Made by a program: the position numbers and the translations under genes. 64,000 nt of DNA from Microcystaceae cyanobacterium (GTDB taxonomy: Bacteria; Cyanobacteriota; Cyanobacteriia; Cyanobacteriales; Microcystaceae). Shown here in pieces: positions 1-9,015 of this stretch. Location: positions 104,729 to 168,728 of the forward strand of contig JBGTGT010000098.1 in the NCBI GenBank assembly GCA_041746575.1, written 5' to 3'. A model generated the notes under the pieces. The model did not search any database. It had not been told where the DNA came from and saw nothing but the letters and a program-made list of their open reading frames with translations. Every line of letters begins with the position of its first letter. Within the stretch, counting starts at the first letter, position 1.

Positions 1-387
1 GATAATGACTTTCCCTTCGTATTCTACCCACGCATGGGCTGACATTTTCCCTTTTGGATGTCGGGTAAACCCAATACAAAGGTCAGGTGAATAACCCCGT
101 TCTTCTAATAGCAATTGAGTCGCTAATGCACGTGCTAAACATCTAATTTTTCGTACATAGTGACTCGCAGTTCTCACTGTCCATAACACCCTATCTATCT
201 CCACAGAAGCTTGCTCTGCATCGTATAATTTAGGGTTAGACGGAAAGACTTTCGCTAAAAGAAAACGTAACCTTTGAAAAGGTAAAAACTTCAGTCCGAC
301 TCGAATACTTCCTAGTAAAATAAACGCCTTAATCAGCAACAATTTTTCCGAGAAAGTGAGTTGTAGAAACTTAAGTAGCCTTTTCAT
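1..387 (-). CDS. Lasso peptide biosynthesis B2-type (transglutaminase-like) leader peptidase; runs off the left edge
   Basis: Manual translation from ATG 387: MKRLLKFLQLTFSEKLLLIKAFILLG...IRCLARALATQLLL...CIGF...MSAHAWVEYEGKVII. The CL-x-RA and AHAWVE Cys/His motifs are typical of Transglut_core3/lasso B2. Not in the ORF track. Confidence 0.85.
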   Translation of the reverse strand, partial: MKRLLKFLQLTFSEKLLLIKAFILLGSIRVGLKFLPFQRLRFLLAKVFPSNPKLYDAEQASVEIDRVLWTVRTASHYVRKIRCLARALATQLLLEERGYSPDLCIGFTRHPKGKMSAHAWVEYEGKVII

Positions 388-410
388 GTTCAATGAGTCT
401 TGGTGAATCG

Positions 411-481
411 CTTCTACTTATTACTCGGAAACAGTCACTGACTTTGTGACGCCTTCCGTTAAAGTTGTTACAAAACTCAAC
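411..481 (-). promoter_or_regulatory. Conserved upstream element, copy 1 (also at 27891-27961)
   Basis: 59/71 ungapped identity to 27891-27961; lies 23 nt upstream of the B2 ATG. Confidence 0.75.
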
Positions 482-589
482 AATTTATAGCCGACAGAAT
501 AACAAAACAACCCCTGCAAAAGACGTTGCTAAGTAGGGGAGGAACAAGCAATCATTAAAAATCAAAGAAAATACCGTCTTTTGCCACTG

Positions 590-668
590 ATGAAGTATTT
601 GATTGATGGTAGGGGTGCAAGGTTTGCGCCCAAAGTGCAAGGTTTGCGCCCAAAATGCAAGGTTTACG
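590..668 (+). repeat. GTAG-type REP-like palindrome with tandem 20-nt expansion
   Basis: GTAG-GGGTGC-AAGGTTT-GCGCCC followed by further GTGCAAGGTTTGCGCCCAAA units; relatives at 49579 and 51374. Confidence 0.7.
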
Positions 669-1493
669 CTAATTATTAATGATTGTATTTAAGCTTTTTA
701 AAAGAGTTTCGAGGGGAATTGCCCAACTATATTGACTCATCTCTTGTTTTTCCGTTAAGGATGCCCGTGTTCCGTCTGTAAACACATAAGGATTCCCCCA
801 CAGCGGATATTTATGAATGCCGTTAATGCCAATAATTTCGCCAAATTGATTAAATAGCGCACCACCGCTCATGCCTTTTCGTACCGTACTCGTATAGCCA
901 ATTTGATAACCTCCCGCAAAGGGTTTAGGACTCCATTGACTGATAATTCCCGGATTGAGGACGAATTGCCCCCTAGAATCTCCATCATCCTCTACGGGAA
1001 ACCCTGCCGCAAATACCGGTTCACCCCTTTGTGGTTGACTTGAAACGAATAAAGACGCAACCGAATAGGAGAGAGGACTGGTAAAAGTGACTAGGGCTAA
1101 ATCTTGATCTCGAAAATTAACGTTTTTTAGGACATTTGCCGGATGAACTTGACCGTCGGGGGTGACGATTCGATAATTTTGTTGAGGTTCACCATAAATC
1201 ATAACATGACGATTTGTTACGACCATATAACGGTTACCCCTTTGTTGAATAATAATCCCTGATCCCCACGTTTGGCCGGATAAGACTTTGACAGTTACCC
1301 TTCTGGCGGTTTGATAAATCTCATTCTGCTCAAATATAGGGGGGAATCGTGGGGAGGGAGAGGTTAAAGAACGGGATGGAAACGGTTCATCCATTGGCGT
1401 ATCGCTAAAATCAAGGGGTTCTTCAATCGCACACCCCGGATTGAAAGATAAAAACGACCAACCCATGAGGAATAAAACCTTTTGCCATTTCAT
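669..1493 (-). CDS. Trypsin-like (S1) serine protease, probably exported
   Basis: GSG, TNRHV, DLAL and GMSGG catalytic-triad motifs; hydrophobic N-terminus. Confidence 0.9.
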   Translation of the reverse strand: MKWQKVLFLMGWSFLSFNPGCAIEEPLDFSDTPMDEPFPSRSLTSPSPRFPPIFEQNEIYQTARRVTVKVLSGQTWGSGIIIQQRGNRYMVVTNRHVMIYGEPQQNYRIVTPDGQVHPANVLKNVNFRDQDLALVTFTSPLSYSVASLFVSSQPQRGEPVFAAGFPVEDDGDSRGQFVLNPGIISQWSPKPFAGGYQIGYTSTVRKGMSGGALFNQFGEIIGINGIHKYPLWGNPYVFTDGTRASLTEKQEMSQYSWAIPLETLLKSLNTIINN

Positions 1494-1611
1494 TTGTCCT
1501 TTTTCTCCCCATACCCGTAAATTAACTGAACCAGCCGTTAGCTTTCTTTCCTTGATCTGAAGGTAGGGAATAAGGACTGAAACCTTCTCCCTAACTTAAT
1601 AATACGGCCGC

Positions 1612-2253
1612 TTACCAACGAGGTACTTGCGGGGAGTCTGTAGGAGGATTCTGGGGATTAAAGATGCCAGAAGGACGATTTTCAGGTTGGGTAGGTTGAA
1701 CGGCTTCAGGGGTAGAATTTTGCAGATATTCTTTCAAGTTTAGGGTCATTGTGCCATTAGCATTTCGGGATAAGGCACGACTCGGAGTGGCAGGAGATGA
1801 GGTACTTGGACTGAGTTGAAAAGAAGGACCTCCAGCACCTGAGCGATTATTTTCGATCTCTTGCAGAACTTGGTTCGGATTTTGACCGGGTTTGAGGGTA
1901 ATTAAGACATTATCCTGACTACAGCTTTGGCCGGCACAAATCACCGGTTGACGATTAACTACGCCACTGGTGAGATAATCTAAGCGTCCAGCAGAATAAA
2001 AACGATTCATGCGATCGGATACTTCAGAACAACGGCGAGCAGGGGTATAAGGCGGACGAAAAAAATTAGAAGTCCATTTGAAGACGGGAATATTACCGTC
2101 GGGAGTTTGAGCGTAGGTAGTAGGAGTGTTACTACTATCGCCATTGCAGATAAAGCTGATCGATTGCGCTTGAGCAGGACGTAGAGGATTCAAAGAGCCT
2201 AAAACGATTAGGGTTAAGACCGATAGAGACAATTTCATAGACATAAAAATCAC
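1612..2253 (-). CDS. COP23 domain-containing secreted protein
   Basis: Signal peptide (AQA); FIC...PTT, W-x-S, TPARRC-x-EVS-x-R and NRQPVIC motifs; upstream of the trypsin-like gene, a common cyanobacterial pairing. Confidence 0.85.
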   Translation of the reverse strand: MIFMSMKLSLSVLTLIVLGSLNPLRPAQAQSISFICNGDSSNTPTTYAQTPDGNIPVFKWTSNFFRPPYTPARRCSEVSDRMNRFYSAGRLDYLTSGVVNRQPVICAGQSCSQDNVLITLKPGQNPNQVLQEIENNRSGAGGPSFQLSPSTSSPATPSRALSRNANGTMTLNLKEYLQNSTPEAVQPTQPENRPSGIFNPQNPPTDSPQVPRW

Positions 2254-2472
2254 TTCTCCTTAAAGTAGTTAAAGTAAAATGACGCAGGATAGACTTGCAC
2301 TGATCCCAGTCTAGTAGAACAGAAAGATGAATTAATTTGATGGTAAAGTACTTGTTTCGTTTTTGAGTCTCTCTAGGGTTCACTTTAGGAACTGTCAAGC
2401 TATCCGAGTCTAAGGGATTGAGGTTTTTTCTCCCTTATGGCATAAGAGAGGGTTTATTCCTTCAGTCCCATT

Positions 2473-4452
2473 TTATCCCCATTCTTCAGGGAAAGCAGGA
2501 ATTGAATCAATAAGTTTATTGGTATAAGCACTGTTTTGATTTCGCTCATTAATAATTTTGTAGGCGGGTTTTACTTCAGGATTTTCGACCGCTTTTCCGT
2601 CTTTCATCACTAAAATGCGATCGCTCATAAATCTGACGACACTTAAATCATGGGAAATAAAAATATACGTTAAGTTTTCTTCTTTTTGCAGTTGTTTTAA
2701 TAAGTTCAATACTTCTGCTTGAATCGAAACATCTAGAGCAGAAACGGATTCATCACAGATAATTAAACTGGGTCTTAAGGCTAAAGCGCGTGCAATACAA
2801 ACCCGTTGTCTTTGTCCCCCCGATAATTCGTGGGGATAACGATTAAAAAAGGACGCATCTAACCCCACTTTATTGAGTAAATCTTTTGCTTCTGTCTCTC
2901 TATTTTTTATGAATTTACGATGAATAATCATGGGTTCTATGAGGGTTGCTCCAATCGTAATCCTCGGATTCAAAGAATTATAAGGATTTTGAAATATAAT
3001 TTGAATTTTGCGCCGTAAATCTCGTAATCTTTTATCTCTTAAACTTAACTGAGATAAATGAATATAATTGCCGACTTCTTGATCGTAAAAGTTGATTAAT
3101 CCTTCTGAAGGAATTAAGCGTAAAATCGCACGCGCTAAGGTCGATTTACCACAACCTGATTCTCCAACTAAGCCTAAGGTTTCTCCTTGATAAACATCAA
3201 AACTAATGTTATTTACTGCTTTTTTGAGAGTTTTCTGCTTGAGAAATCCTGATTTTTGGTAGATAACCGAAAGCTGAGCAACTTTCAAAATAATTTGACT
3301 ATTTTGGGACGCTACTAAGCGGTGAATTCGGCTCATTTCTTCGGGAAGAGAAATCACTTTATATTGCTGGAGATCGTTGGCTTTACTGGTAATGTTAACA
3401 ATATTATTTTTCTCATCTCTGGTGACTTCCATAAAATCGGAAACAATGGGTAATTTATCCAGCTTAATCTTTAATCGAGGACGACAGGCTAATAATCCTT
3501 TTGTATAGGGATCTTGAGGGGGAGTTGCAAAAATCCCTTGATGATTATCGCTATTCATTTGCTTAAATTCTCGTTCTTCTCCTTGATACATAACTAAGAC
3601 AGAATCGGCAATTTGATTAATTACTCCTAAGTCGTGAGAAATAAAAATCATTGCCATATCTCGGTGGGTTTTACAAAGCTTTTTAAGTAAGTCAAGAATT
3701 TCGTTTTGTGTAGTAACATCTAAAGCAGTGGTGGGTTCGTCGGCAATTAGAATACTGGGATCACAAGAGATAGCCATGGCAATCATAACCCGTTGTAATT
3801 GTCCACCTGAAAGTTCGTGGGGGAATTTATTGAGTAATTTATCTTCCTGTTCTTTTTGATATGTTTTAAAGGAAATTTTAGGTTTTATGGGAGAGGTGTA
3901 TTCTTGTTGATACTCGATTTCTAGTTTTTCTAGACTGGGAAACAAAGTCACTTCTCTGAGGCAATTGATCGCTTGCACTTTGGCTTGTTCTAGGGTAACA
4001 TTTTGATGTAATTTAACGGCTTCTATTAACTGAAAACCAATCGTATAAACGGGGTTGAATGCACTCATGGGTTCTTGAAAAATCATGGCAATTTTTCCCC
4101 CTCGATAGCGTATTTTTTGTCGTTCTCTTAAGGTTAACAGATCGACGAACTGGGACATTTCTCGGTATTTTTTGTCTATCTCTAGTCTTTGTAATTCTTC
4201 TCTGGTAAAATGACAATTAATTGTACCATTTGTAATTTGACCGACGGCGGGAATTAATCCCATAATGCCTAAGGCAGTAATCGATTTTCCGGAGCCAGAT
4301 TCCCCAACAATTCCTAATATTTCTCCCCTTCTGAGGATAAAATTAAGTCCTTTAACGACAGGTTTGAGGGTATTTTGTTCTTCGTGGGGAAAAGCGATCG
4401 CAAGGTTTTCAACTTGGAGAATCACGTCTGCTTCAGCCAAAAAATCGTTCAT
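2473..4452 (-). CDS. Peptide/nickel ABC transporter ATP-binding protein, two fused NBDs
   Basis: Two Walker A motifs (GESGSGKS, GESGCGKS), two LSGGQ signatures, DEPTTALD and DESVSALD. Confidence 0.95.
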   Translation of the reverse strand: MNDFLAEADVILQVENLAIAFPHEEQNTLKPVVKGLNFILRRGEILGIVGESGSGKSITALGIMGLIPAVGQITNGTINCHFTREELQRLEIDKKYREMSQFVDLLTLRERQKIRYRGGKIAMIFQEPMSAFNPVYTIGFQLIEAVKLHQNVTLEQAKVQAINCLREVTLFPSLEKLEIEYQQEYTSPIKPKISFKTYQKEQEDKLLNKFPHELSGGQLQRVMIAMAISCDPSILIADEPTTALDVTTQNEILDLLKKLCKTHRDMAMIFISHDLGVINQIADSVLVMYQGEEREFKQMNSDNHQGIFATPPQDPYTKGLLACRPRLKIKLDKLPIVSDFMEVTRDEKNNIVNITSKANDLQQYKVISLPEEMSRIHRLVASQNSQIILKVAQLSVIYQKSGFLKQKTLKKAVNNISFDVYQGETLGLVGESGCGKSTLARAILRLIPSEGLINFYDQEVGNYIHLSQLSLRDKRLRDLRRKIQIIFQNPYNSLNPRITIGATLIEPMIIHRKFIKNRETEAKDLLNKVGLDASFFNRYPHELSGGQRQRVCIARALALRPSLIICDESVSALDVSIQAEVLNLLKQLQKEENLTYIFISHDLSVVRFMSDRILVMKDGKAVENPEVKPAYKIINERNQNSAYTNKLIDSIPAFPEEWG

Positions 4453-4651
4453 AGGGGAAATTGAGGGATTAATCTTGATTTTTTAGTATAACTTCTGTTT
4501 ACGTTAATTGAAAAAAGATCGGTCAATTAAAGTAGCGATCGCTCGTCTAACAAATGTGGATTCAGGCGTTCTGATTAAGTACTTAAGGTCAAAAAATAAA
4601 GCTTTATGCCAGTATTTTTTCTGCCTTTTGATGGTTTAATCTGCTTTATAT

Positions 4652-4996
4652 CTAAAGACGATAGGCTACAGCGACGAATTGAGTCCGAAAGGCATTATAA
4701 AGACTTGCTGGGTTATTTTCATAAATTTGGAGATCTATCCTTGTATTTTTGACTTTTTCTCCATTTATAGTTAAAAAGGTGTCACTGAGGTTATCAAGTA
4801 TCATTAAGCTGGCTATTTTGTCGGTATCTGCAGGATCAAGTGTTCTCAGCCTTGAGGGAGTACCGATGGTCTGGCGATCGCTTTTATTGATTGTTTGCTC
4901 GGGATTAAAAGTGCTTTGAAACGGAACGTAACTGAATAACCCAAGGCAAATTATACTCAAAAAAATTACCCTTATCCGTCGTTGTCTAAGCCTCAT
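4652..4996 (-). pseudogene. Truncated, internally deleted peptide ABC substrate-binding protein (family 5)
   Basis: Signal-like N-terminus and TIGT...RTLDPAD motif, but only 114 aa against roughly 500+ aa for the family; lies upstream of the ABC ATPase. Confidence 0.6.
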
Positions 4997-5157
4997 CTTA
5001 TTTTCTCAAGTTGGATTGATTATTTCTTCTATTTTAAGGGGTATATTTAAAGCAACATCCTCAACAGATGAAACTTGTGATGCTTAATTTCGTCGGAAAG
5101 ACAGATGGTTCAACCGTTGATATACTAATTAGCACTAGACTTAAGGGATTCAAGGTT

Positions 5158-6069
5158 ATGGGAATTGTAATTAGTACCGTTAATATGAAAGGGGGGGTTG
5201 GCAAAACCACGTTAACCGTTAATTTAGCAACTTGTTTAACAAAATTTTATAATAAACGGGTGTTAGTTCTCGATTTGGATGCTCAAATTAGTGCAACCCT
5301 CAGTTTAATGTCTCCTCATAATTATGCCGTCACTCGCAAAAAACGTCGGACTTTAAGTTACTTATTGGACAGTATTATTCAACCGAATCCCTATCGCAAA
5401 TTAACTATTCACGATATTATTTGTAGCAACGTTTGTGAGGTTAATAATCTTGATTTATTGCCGGGCGATATTGAGTTATATGATGAATATGTAGTTTCTC
5501 AAACACTTCACGAACAATCTCTTTTGAAAGGAATGCCGAGTTTTGAAACGGTCTGGACAAACTTTGAAAAAGTTTTAGTCAAAAAAATTTTAGATCCCAT
5601 TATTGAAGAATACGATTTTATTATTATGGATTGTGCGCCGGGCTATAATTTATTAACCCGTAGTGCGATCGCCGCCAGTGATGGTTATTTGCTTCCTGCG
5701 CGCCCTGAACCTTTATCAATTGTTGGAATGCAATTACTAGAAAGACGGATTGCCAAGTTAAAAGAAAGTCATCAATCGGAACATTTAGATAATTTACAAT
5801 TGTTGGGAATTGTTTTTATTCTTTCGGGTGGGGGTTTACTGAGTCGTTATTATAGCCGCGTAATGCGACGAGTTCAAGATGATTTTCCGCCGCAAAAGTT
5901 ATTTAATACGACTATTCCTATGGATGTAAATGTAGCCAAAGCAGTTGATTTATTTCAACCGGTTGTTGCTGCCATGCCGAGTTCTACCGGCTCTAAAGCA
6001 TTTATTAAATTAACTGAAGAATTTTTACAAAAAACGCAAAATTTACCCATTGAAAATGAGGGTGAATAA
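5158..6069 (+). CDS. ParA/Soj family ATPase
   Basis: Deviant Walker A KGGVGKTT, DLDAQ and DCAPG; likely start ATG 5158. Confidence 0.92.
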   Translation: MGIVISTVNMKGGVGKTTLTVNLATCLTKFYNKRVLVLDLDAQISATLSLMSPHNYAVTRKKRRTLSYLLDSIIQPNPYRKLTIHDIICSNVCEVNNLDLLPGDIELYDEYVVSQTLHEQSLLKGMPSFETVWTNFEKVLVKKILDPIIEEYDFIIMDCAPGYNLLTRSAIAASDGYLLPARPEPLSIVGMQLLERRIAKLKESHQSEHLDNLQLLGIVFILSGGGLLSRYYSRVMRRVQDDFPPQKLFNTTIPMDVNVAKAVDLFQPVVAAMPSSTGSKAFIKLTEEFLQKTQNLPIENEGE

Positions 6070-6388
6070 TTGATCCTTTCTCGATTACGAAACGCAACAA
6101 TTAAAAGCTAATTTAGCAATTTGGAAATCAGGATCGCTGAGGATACGTCTATCACTATAAATCCTAAAGATCCACTGTCTGTAGCCAGATTAAATTTATC
6201 AATTTATTAAGCATAAAATTGCAGAAATTAGAGATGAATCTCAGCGAAATACCTCAAAGATGACTCTATCGTTAATTTGAACTTTAGTCGATGACTTATA
6301 ACAAATGGTAGAAATATCAGCGATTACCTTTACATTTTCTGATACTCACGATTATAATAAGGGCGAAACTTTAGCAAATGGATAAAAA

Positions 6389-6952
6389 ATGCGACTTTTT
6401 TCTCGTTCTTTCGGATTAGTCCTGCCAATCCTTAGTGTATTTGCCCTTACAGCTTACAATACGATGGCGCAATCGGAGACTTTCGCCCAAGTCCCCAATC
6501 CCATTCCCACCAAAGTCCCTAATCCAGTTCCTACCCAAGTCCCCAATCCCCTCGAAAATTTAACGCCTACGCCGACTTCCTCCCCTTCGCCGATGACAGA
6601 TACAGATATGTCAACTTCTGAAGATAAGGATACCACCGCCTCAGAAATTACTATCACTCCTTCATTAACCGCCGAACAAAAGGCGAAAATGCAGGTAATT
6701 GATGCTAACTATGATCCCAAGATCAAAGCCGCTTTAGAAAGCTACGAGATGAGTAAAAAAGCTTTTGACAGTTTAGTGGGTACAAATCCCCCGACAGAAG
6801 CCCTCCGTCAAAAGTACACCCAATTAGCTGATGACCGACGCCAATTATCTGATTTATTATTTGGTCAGATGATGGATATGCGGGAGATTCTCACGGAAGA
6901 GCAAAAAGCATCTTTATCTGACGAAATTCGCCGAGTTTTAGCAGAAAAGTAA
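6389..6952 (+). CDS. Spy/CpxP-family periplasmic chaperone-like protein with Pro-rich N-terminal repeats
   Basis: Signal peptide; two LTxEQ motifs (LTAEQK, LTEEQK); (Q/K)VPNP x3. Confidence 0.75.
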   Translation: MRLFSRSFGLVLPILSVFALTAYNTMAQSETFAQVPNPIPTKVPNPVPTQVPNPLENLTPTPTSSPSPMTDTDMSTSEDKDTTASEITITPSLTAEQKAKMQVIDANYDPKIKAALESYEMSKKAFDSLVGTNPPTEALRQKYTQLADDRRQLSDLLFGQMMDMREILTEEQKASLSDEIRRVLAEK

Positions 6953-6962
6953 CTTGATGAGT

Positions 6963-6993
6963 AAAAGGATGGGTTTTTCTGACCTCTCCTTTT
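6963..6993. terminator. Probable bidirectional terminator
   Basis: AAAAGGA...TCCTTTT hairpin between convergent genes. Confidence 0.5.
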
Positions 6994-7008
6994 ATTGGCT
7001 ATTTCGCA

Positions 7009-7437
7009 TTAAGTTGTAGTGCAGTAATTGTGTCCGAACCACACCCCTAAAGTGAGAGATTCCCCTCGGTAAGCTTTGACTTTCTCTATATCCATGAGAT
7101 AAACCCACGCTCGTCCGAGTGATTGATGATTTTTGGGGTTATACACCTCGATTAAAACTCGATAATACTCATTTTCTGTGAATCTTCCCTGAGAATTATA
7201 AGTTTCTAAGATATCCATTTGAGACAAAACCGTTCTATCCTCAAAGATTAATAAGTATCCTTGTATTTTATTGTTACCCTGTGTCATCGCGGGATATCCT
7301 AAGGCTCTCAAGTGGTAAATTTCCCCCCAAGCGTAAGCTTTGATGGCTTTAATGACTTTTTCAGCACAGTAAGCCGTATAATTTGCTTCTCCCGGTTTCA
7401 ATGTGCCATAAACAAAAACATTTAACGGTTGACGCAT
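7009..7437 (-). CDS. Gamma-glutamylcyclotransferase (AIG2-like) family protein
   Basis: VFVYGTLK motif. Start set to ATG 7437 because the longer ORF overlaps bciB. Confidence 0.85.
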   Translation of the reverse strand: MRQPLNVFVYGTLKPGEANYTAYCAEKVIKAIKAYAWGEIYHLRALGYPAMTQGNNKIQGYLLIFEDRTVLSQMDILETYNSQGRFTENEYYRVLIEVYNPKNHQSLGRAWVYLMDIEKVKAYRGESLTLGVWFGHNYCTTT

Positions 7438-7632
7438 TATCTTTAATCCGACTCTACTCAAATTGATTCTTCGCCGATTGCCTTGAGCAAGACACCTTTG
7501 AAATTTAAGGGGCAAACTTTCTTGAAAGCTAGAAAAGTTAAGTTTTGCAACAGTCCCACAAGGGTCAGCCAGACAATTATAAAGTAATCTAAAGAACTGT
7601 CTAACTGCAAAATCATCATCAATCAACCCGTT

Positions 7633-8826
7633 ATGACTGCTGTTGCGCCCCATTATAAAGCCAAAAAACTCAACCCCAATAGTCGTCGTCCTGCTAAAGC
7701 GTTGTGCAGTGAATGCGGACTGTGTGACACTTACTATATTCACTACGTTAAAGAAGCCTGTGCTTTCCTAAATCAGCAAATTGCCGAATTAGAACAAATC
7801 GCCCACGGAAAAACCCGAAATTTAGAGGAAGAAGACGATTTATACTTTGGGGTTCATACCCAGATGATGTCTGCACGGAAACAGCAACCGATTGAAGGCG
7901 CACAATGGACAGGCATTGTCAGTACCATCGCCATCGAAATGTTGACACAGGGCAAAGTAGAAGGGGTTATTTGTGTCCAAAACACCGAAGAAGATCGTTT
8001 TCAGCCAAAACCCATCTTAGCCACGACTCCTGCGGAAATTTTGGGGGCTAGAGTCAATAAACCAACCCTTTCGCCCAATTTATCTGTCTTAGAATTAGTC
8101 GAAAAATCAAGAATGAAGCGATTATTGGTGATTGGCGTGGGTTGTCAGATTCAAGCGTTAAGAAGCGTCGAAAAGCAACTCGGTTTAGAAAAACTCTATG
8201 TTTTGGGGACACCCTGTGTGGATAATGTGACGCGGGAAGGGTTACAAAAATTTCTCGAAACGACAAGTAAATCCCATAATACTGTGGTTCATTACGAATT
8301 TATGCAGGATTTTCGGGTACATTTTAAGCATGAAGATGGTTCAAGCGAAACAGTTCCTTTTTTTGGCTTAAAAACCAATCAACTCAAAGATGTGTTTGCT
8401 CCTTCTTGTATGAGTTGTTTCGATTATGTCAATTCCCTCGCCGATATTGTGGTGGGATATATGGGTGCGCCCTTTGGTTGGCAATGGATTGTCGTTCGCA
8501 ATGAAAAAGGGCAAGAAATGTTAGACATCGTGCAAAATCAATTAGAAACGCAATCCGTAACCACTCAGGGTAATCGTAAAGCGGCCGTACAAAAGAGCAT
8601 CCCTGCTTACGATAAGGGGATAACCTTACCTATGTGGGCGGCAAAGTTAATGGGAGTGGTTATTGAAAAAATCGGGCCCAAAGGATTGGAATATGCTCGT
8701 TTTTCTATTGATTCTCACTACACCCGCAATTATCTCTATGTCAAACGCAATTATCCCGAAAAATTAGCAGCTCATGTGCCAGATTATGCTCAAAAGATTG
8801 TCAGTCAGTATCAATTGCCGGATTAA
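7633..8826 (+). CDS. bciB: Ferredoxin-dependent 3,8-divinyl chlorophyllide reductase (FrhB/HCAR family)
   Basis: LCSECGLCDT Fe-S motif, GAQWTGIV and PSCMSCFDY; strong resemblance to the Slr1923 type. Confidence 0.88.
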   Translation: MTAVAPHYKAKKLNPNSRRPAKALCSECGLCDTYYIHYVKEACAFLNQQIAELEQIAHGKTRNLEEEDDLYFGVHTQMMSARKQQPIEGAQWTGIVSTIAIEMLTQGKVEGVICVQNTEEDRFQPKPILATTPAEILGARVNKPTLSPNLSVLELVEKSRMKRLLVIGVGCQIQALRSVEKQLGLEKLYVLGTPCVDNVTREGLQKFLETTSKSHNTVVHYEFMQDFRVHFKHEDGSSETVPFFGLKTNQLKDVFAPSCMSCFDYVNSLADIVVGYMGAPFGWQWIVVRNEKGQEMLDIVQNQLETQSVTTQGNRKAAVQKSIPAYDKGITLPMWAAKLMGVVIEKIGPKGLEYARFSIDSHYTRNYLYVKRNYPEKLAAHVPDYAQKIVSQYQLPD

Positions 8827-8897
8827 AAACGTATCCGATCACCCCTAAATATGATGTAAATCACCGTCACTCCCTAATCTAAGATTTAGACTAAAGA

Positions 8898-8990
8898 TAA
8901 CGCTAAAAACGCTCTCTTTTTAGCGCAAAATAAATTCATAAATCTCCTGCTTTCTCCTGCTATGACCCCTTGAATACGAAGGGGTTTTTT
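8898..8990 (+). ncRNA. Candidate small RNA (5' hairpin, CUCCUGC x2, terminator)
   Basis: -10-like TAGACT 8887-8892; hairpin 8901-8925; intrinsic terminator 8964-8990. Confidence 0.35.
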
Positions 8991-9015
8991 CATATTTAAA
9001 ATAACTGATTAAAAA

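Noticed and set aside
612..668. Possible CRISPR mini-array
   Set aside because: The 20-nt units are contiguous with no spacers and no cas genes are present; it fits a REP expansion.
388..668. Lasso precursor peptide upstream of B2
   Set aside because: No small ORF with an RBS and a lasso leader motif was found.
6486..6550. CCCCAAT STRR-like repeats
   Set aside because: They are in-frame 24-nt coding repeats (Q/K-VPNP-x-PT) of the Spy-like protein.
7438..7743. N-terminal extension of the gamma-glutamylcyclotransferase ORF
   Set aside because: It overlaps the divergent bciB start; family similarity begins at MRQPLNVFVYGTLK.
8856..8869. NtcA/CRP site upstream of the candidate sRNA
   Set aside because: GTA-N8-TCA is not TAC, and the spacing does not fit TGTGA-N6-TCACA.
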